Source of the DNA: Candidatus Omnitrophota bacterium
GTDB lineage: Bacteria; Omnitrophota; Gorgyraeia; 2-01-FULL-45-10
Direction: 5' to 3'
Assembly: GCA_017993955.1 (NCBI GenBank)
Contig: JAGOLR010000003.1
Coordinates: forward strand, 6,878-70,877
DNA: 64,000 bases
Notes under the pieces: model-generated
What the model saw: the letters and a program-made list of their open reading frames with translations, nothing else
Databases searched by the model: none
What the model was told of the DNA's origin: nothing
Program-made: the position numbers and the translations under genes
In this document: in pieces, positions 59,895 through 64,000 of the stretch
Layout: the number at the start of each line of letters is the position of its first letter
How positions within the stretch are numbered: position 1 is the first letter of the stretch

Positions 59895-60686
59895 ATGCCC
59901 ATGATCACTATCCTGAAGAATATTTTCGCTCACCCCTTAACGAAGGGACTCGATCTCAACGATCCAAAGACTACGGAATTGAGACGCAGGATCGTAAGAG
60001 AAAAAAAATTTTTAAGAAAGGTATACGAAGAATGGTATTTGCAGTTATCTGATTCCATGCGTGACACTGACGGAGTGGTTTTGGAAATAGGCGCGGGAGC
60101 GGGGTTCCTTGAAGAATATATGCCAGGCATTGTAAAGTCAGATATTTCTAAAACTACGGGTATCGATGTGGTTATGGATGCCTGTCGGCAATTTCCTTTT
60201 TCCGATGGTTCCCTAAGTGCCATAGTAGGGATTAATGTCCTTCATCATTTATCGGATCCGAAAAAGTTTTTTTCCGAAGCTTCTAGGTGTGTGCGAAAGA
60301 ACGGGTGCATCTATATGATAGAGCCTTGGGTAACGTCGTGGTCGTCTTTTGTATACAAAAGATTGCATGACGAACCTTATTTTCCTGATGCTGCTGATTG
60401 GGGGTTTGTCAGCAATGGACCTCTAACTAGTGCCAACAGTGCTTTGCCGTGGATCATGTTTGAAAGGGATCGCCGGGTATTCGAGCGGGAATTCCCCGCC
60501 TGGAAGATCAGCGGGATTAGTTTGCAAATGCCGTTTCTGTATTTGTTATCCGGAGGGGTTTCGTTGAGAAGCCTGAGCCCTGGCTTTACTTTTTCGACCT
60601 GGAAATGCATTGAAAAGCTATTTGGGCCTTTCATGCAGCGGTGGGCCATGTTCGCGAATATAAAACTTGTTAATGCGAATAAGTAG
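59895..60686 (+). CDS. class I SAM-dependent methyltransferase
   Basis: 'VLEIGAGAGFLEEYM' and 'IVGINVLHHLSDP'. Confidence 0.7.
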   Translation: MPMITILKNIFAHPLTKGLDLNDPKTTELRRRIVREKKFLRKVYEEWYLQLSDSMRDTDGVVLEIGAGAGFLEEYMPGIVKSDISKTTGIDVVMDACRQFPFSDGSLSAIVGINVLHHLSDPKKFFSEASRCVRKNGCIYMIEPWVTSWSSFVYKRLHDEPYFPDAADWGFVSNGPLTSANSALPWIMFERDRRVFEREFPAWKISGISLQMPFLYLLSGGVSLRSLSPGFTFSTWKCIEKLFGPFMQRWAMFANIKLVNANK

Positions 60687-60718
60687 CGCTGATCCATGGC
60701 GAAAAATAAGGAGAAAAG

Positions 60719-61789
60719 ATGCTAAAAAGTGCATGGTCAAATATGGTACGAAAATACAGTTTTTTTCGTTATTATGTTCGACCTTTTCGTTTTTCGATGT
60801 TTCGGTATCAGATGGGGCAACGTTTAAAATCACGGCTAAGCATTTCTGGTGGGTTTAGGATCATAGATCTTGCGATAACATACTCTTGCAATCTTCATTG
60901 CAAACACTGCTCTGCTTCTGTGCTGGAAAGCGAACGAGCTCCGCTCGGCCTCGAAGAGTACAAAAAAATCACATGCCAAGCAAAATCTTTTGATAATTTA
61001 TCGTACAATATAACCGGTGGCGAGCCGCTTATGGTCGAATGGCTTGACGATCTTATACCTGTGCTTGATCCTGCGCGTCATTTTATCAGTATTCAGACGA
61101 ATTGCATGCTTTTAAGTGCAAAAAGGGCAAAACAATTAGCTCGTCTAGGCGTGAATTGCATAACAACGAGTCTGGATAGCGCAGATGAAAAGGAACACAA
61201 TCATTTTAGAGGGTCGTCAGACTCATACAGGAAAGTGCTCGAAGGTTTGGATAATGCGATTAAGGCGGGGATGAGTGTGCTCGTCGGCGGCACCGTGACT
61301 CACCAGAACTTGCGGTCTGCGGAGCTACAACGGTTAATAGAGAAGGTGAATAGTCTTGGCGCGATCTTTCTTTTTAATATTGGCGTGCCATGCGGTGAGT
61401 GGAAAGATAACCGGGATATGTTGTTCAGGGATGACGACAGGGACTATCTTTTGAAGCTCATGGAAACATATCCGATGACATCTACGGATCACGAAATAAA
61501 TCGTCATACCGTAGGATGCCCCGCAGGAAAAGAGAAGGTATATATCACTTCATATGGCGATGTATTGCCATGCCCATTTATACATGTTTCGTTTGGTAAT
61601 GTGCGTACAATGCCTCTAGCAGAAATTATCGCGCGAATGAATAAAATAAGTTTGTTTGGAAAATACGCAAACATATGCGTTGCTGCTGAAGACAGGGATT
61701 TTCAGAAGAATGTGCTTTCGAGGGTTGGTTCTGTGTCTGAGCCGAATAGAGCTCCAATTTCCTATAAAGACGTATACGGGGAGCTGTGA
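60719..61789 (+). CDS. radical SAM protein with a C-terminal Cys-rich (SPASM/twitch-like) region
   Basis: 'ITYSCNLHCKHCSA' (CxxxCxxC) and 'GGEPLM', later 'GCPAGKEKVYITSYGDVLPCPF'. An AAGGAG Shine-Dalgarno lies upstream. Confidence 0.7.
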   Translation: MLKSAWSNMVRKYSFFRYYVRPFRFSMFRYQMGQRLKSRLSISGGFRIIDLAITYSCNLHCKHCSASVLESERAPLGLEEYKKITCQAKSFDNLSYNITGGEPLMVEWLDDLIPVLDPARHFISIQTNCMLLSAKRAKQLARLGVNCITTSLDSADEKEHNHFRGSSDSYRKVLEGLDNAIKAGMSVLVGGTVTHQNLRSAELQRLIEKVNSLGAIFLFNIGVPCGEWKDNRDMLFRDDDRDYLLKLMETYPMTSTDHEINRHTVGCPAGKEKVYITSYGDVLPCPFIHVSFGNVRTMPLAEIIARMNKISLFGKYANICVAAEDRDFQKNVLSRVGSVSEPNRAPISYKDVYGEL

Positions 61790-62772
61790 TGACTAACCGA
61801 AAAGATTCTAAAGTACGCTGCGAATGCGTTACTTGTGCCGTGTGTGGAAGCGACCGAAGCGGCGTCGTTGCGAGCGGGTTTGACTATGAGTATTGGACCG
61901 TAGATCAAAAGTTCACCTTTGTCAATTGTCTTGATTGTGGCCACCTCTATTTAAACCCCAGGCCAATTCGCAGTGAGGCGGATTCGATCTATCCGAAAAA
62001 TTATTATACACTTTCAGGAAGACATACTTCGCGTTCATCAAAAACTATTTCTTTTTTTAAGAATATAATAATCAAAAAGCGCCTCTCGTTCTTTAACCAG
62101 ATCCTTGATTCAAATGCGAGTGTTTTAGAGGTAGGCTCGGGTGATTGCTCATTATTGATCAGCCTTAAAAAAACTTATCCGAGGTTGAATCTCTCTGGCA
62201 TAGATCTTGCGTACAGTGACATCGTGAAATCGCAATGTAGCGAGATAGGGATTGCACTTATCGAAGGTGCCATTGAAGATCTGCGGTTGCCAGAGAGCGC
62301 GTACGATCTAGTTATTATGAATCAGCTGATAGAGCATCTGTGGGATCCTCAGGGAGTAGTTTCTAAAATAGGATTATCGCTTAAGCCAGCCGGATTTATC
62401 AGCATCGAAACACCGGAAGCATGCGGATATGACAGACAATTCTTTTTCAATTCTTTCTGGGGGGGATATTACTTCCCGCGGCATATGAACCTGTTTTCTT
62501 TTGATAGTATTAAAAGGTTGTTGGAGAAGAATGGTTTTTCTGTTACAGGTCATTATTCGTTGGTCGCGCCGATAGTATGGGCATTCAGTTTTAAGGCATT
62601 TTTTTGCCGTACTCGGAACTCGAAGCATAGGGGCGGCGTGCTAGACAGGTTCTTTAGTGACGCGAATTCTTTTTGTCTTGCATTCTTTTCGTTTTTGGAC
62701 ATATGTGCGATATTTTTTGGATTGACGACGTCAAATCAAAAAATCATAGCGAGGAAAAATGAGAAGACCTAA
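61786..62772 (+). CDS. SAM-dependent methyltransferase with an N-terminal zinc-ribbon (C-methyltransferase-like architecture)
   Basis: 'CVTCAVCGS...CLDCGHLY' and 'VLEVGSGDCSLL', 'DLVIMNQLIEHLWDP'. Confidence 0.7.
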   Translation: MMTNRKDSKVRCECVTCAVCGSDRSGVVASGFDYEYWTVDQKFTFVNCLDCGHLYLNPRPIRSEADSIYPKNYYTLSGRHTSRSSKTISFFKNIIIKKRLSFFNQILDSNASVLEVGSGDCSLLISLKKTYPRLNLSGIDLAYSDIVKSQCSEIGIALIEGAIEDLRLPESAYDLVIMNQLIEHLWDPQGVVSKIGLSLKPAGFISIETPEACGYDRQFFFNSFWGGYYFPRHMNLFSFDSIKRLLEKNGFSVTGHYSLVAPIVWAFSFKAFFCRTRNSKHRGGVLDRFFSDANSFCLAFFSFLDICAIFFGLTTSNQKIIARKNEKT

Positions 62773-62787
62773 TGTCGCGGAGAATGT

Positions 62788-63591
62788 TTGCTTGTGTATA
62801 TATTGCTGGAACCGGGCAGGCTTAATACCATGAGTGAGCATAGTAGGGCACGGGCCGATAACGAGATAGTTCATGGTAGAGCGCTTGCTGTGTCGGACAC
62901 TGAGTTCATTTGGGGATGGGGAACGCCGGCGGGTCGTTTACGAGCCACGAGAAGGGCCGATCTTATCGCTAAGGGTGCGGGATTAAGGCCAGGAGCAGTC
63001 GCTCTAGAGATAGGATGTGGCACCGGAATGTTTACCCAGATCTTTGCCCGGTCCGGAGCCAGGATCTTGGCTGTCGATATCTCTCCTGATTTATTGCAGA
63101 AAGCCAGAGCGCGCGATCTGTCTTCAAGCGATGTCACTTTTCTGGAAAAAAGGTTCGAAGATTGCGATTCGCTTGGGCCGTTCGATGCGATCATCGGTTC
63201 ATCCATACTGCACCATTTGGAAGTAAGGGAAGCATTATCGAAAATATATAACCTGCTCAAGCCAGGCGGTGTTATCAGTTTTGCCGAGCCTAACATGATG
63301 AACCCGCAGATATTTCTCGAGCGGAAATTTCGTAAGTTCTTTCCTCATATTTCACCGGACGAGACGGCGTTTATACGGTGGGAGTTGCGGAAAACATTAA
63401 TTGGTGCAGGCTTTAGCAGTATTGATGTCAGGCCGTTCGATTTTTTGCATCCGGCTATACCGCCTCCGTTTATTGGTATCGCTACCGCGATAGGACGCGT
63501 CATTGAGCGAACTGCCGCGCTCAAGGAGTTCGCGGGGTCTCTTTATATATATGGCAAAAAGCCTGAACGGACCGGCGTGACGCAGGGATGA
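62788..63591 (+). CDS. class I SAM-dependent methyltransferase (the start is possibly the ATG near 62830)
   Basis: 'ALEIGCGTGMFTQIFARSGARILAVDIS' and 'FDAIIGSSILHHL'. Confidence 0.7.
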   Translation: MLVYILLEPGRLNTMSEHSRARADNEIVHGRALAVSDTEFIWGWGTPAGRLRATRRADLIAKGAGLRPGAVALEIGCGTGMFTQIFARSGARILAVDISPDLLQKARARDLSSSDVTFLEKRFEDCDSLGPFDAIIGSSILHHLEVREALSKIYNLLKPGGVISFAEPNMMNPQIFLERKFRKFFPHISPDETAFIRWELRKTLIGAGFSSIDVRPFDFLHPAIPPPFIGIATAIGRVIERTAALKEFAGSLYIYGKKPERTGVTQG

Positions 63592-64000
63592 ATGATATGG
63601 CTATGAAGCTATCAAAAAAAGAGTTGTGGATTTCAGCTTTTATCCTGTTCTTATTGGTATGTATTGATTTCAGTCCTATTGTTTCGAGTTCGGGTTATCC
63701 GCTCGCCGACATTGATAATAACTGGAGCTATGCATTCAAGTATCATGCTGCCCGGAGTATCAGCGATGGGGAGTTTCCGCTGTGGAATACCTATTTTTTA
63801 CGGGAACGCCTTTATATGATAATGACATCTCCAATAACCCCTTGAATTGGATAGCGCTCGCTTTTGCTCTGGTGCTGAATTATTTTCGTAACCCGTATCT
63901 AGCGTATTCTCTGCTCATTGCCGTACAGATATTTTTAATGGGCTGGTTTACCTATATAGCAGCTCGTAAGGTCTTTGGCTTAATACCCGCGATTGCCTAT
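63588..64000 (+). CDS. membrane protein (partial at the window end) with an apparent -1 frameshift at a T6 run (about 63794-63799)
   Basis: Frame A 'MNDMAMKLSKKELWISAFILFLLVCI...EFPLWNTYF' stops at 63845. An overlapping frame continues 'TGTPLYDNDISNNPLNWIALAFALVLNYF...GLIPAIAY' to the window end. One extra T would join them. Confidence 0.4.

Noticed and set aside
1-64000. Search for CRISPR arrays, tRNA/rRNA genes, transposases or integrases, and toxin-antitoxin or defence genes
   Set aside because: No regularly spaced direct repeats, no tRNA-like cloverleaf candidates in the few intergenic gaps, and no ORFs with transposase/integrase/nuclease signatures were seen. The window appears purely biosynthetic.

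Overview
Every supported gene in this 64 kb window lies on the + strand, about 60 tightly packed, often start/stop-overlapping genes that form one very large glycan (surface polysaccharide / glycoconjugate) biosynthesis super-cluster. No rRNA, tRNA, CRISPR array, transposase or integrase is evident.

The window appears to hold two regulator-headed blocks:
- A dTDP-rhamnose / UDP-sugar / glycosyltransferase block headed by a MarR-EPS-type regulator at about 8.3 kb.
- A nonulosonic/ulosonic-acid block headed by a GbsR/MarR-like regulator at 33.3 kb, which has a perfect TTGACA-N16-TATAAT promoter and an adjacent inverted repeat.

Recognisable modules:
- rfbA (partial), rfbB and rfbD (dTDP-rhamnose).
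- A Wbp-type UDP-2,3-diacetamido-2,3-dideoxy-(gluc/mann)uronic acid pathway (WbpA/B/E/D/I-like), plus a WbpP/TviC-like 4-epimerase.
- UDP-xylose synthase.
- gmd/fcl (GDP-fucose).
- Many GT2/GT4 glycosyltransferases.
- A polyprenol-phosphate GT2 followed by three GT-C-like multi-pass membrane proteins and an ArnB-like aminotransferase.
- An AsnB-like amidotransferase.
- An ABC (MsbA/PglK-like) exporter.

The most unusual part is the 3' half of the window (about 33-63 kb). It combines two NeuB-family synthases, four cytidylyltransferases (three NeuA/PseF-like plus one KdsB-like), a KdsC-like phosphatase and an HpcH-type aldolase. Interleaved with these are four B12-binding radical SAM enzymes, three further radical SAM/SPASM proteins and at least a dozen SAM methyltransferases, including three domain fusions. 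Two paralogous proteins of unknown function carry His-Pro/Ser-Ser motifs reminiscent of CMP-sugar (sialyl/Kdo-type) transferases. Together this looks like a candidate, previously undescribed pathway for heavily methylated nonulosonic/ulosonic-acid glycans.

Two genes show frameshifts at T homopolymers (8.97 kb and 63.8 kb). A short hairpin-forming repeat occurs twice (1.24 kb and 3.52 kb).
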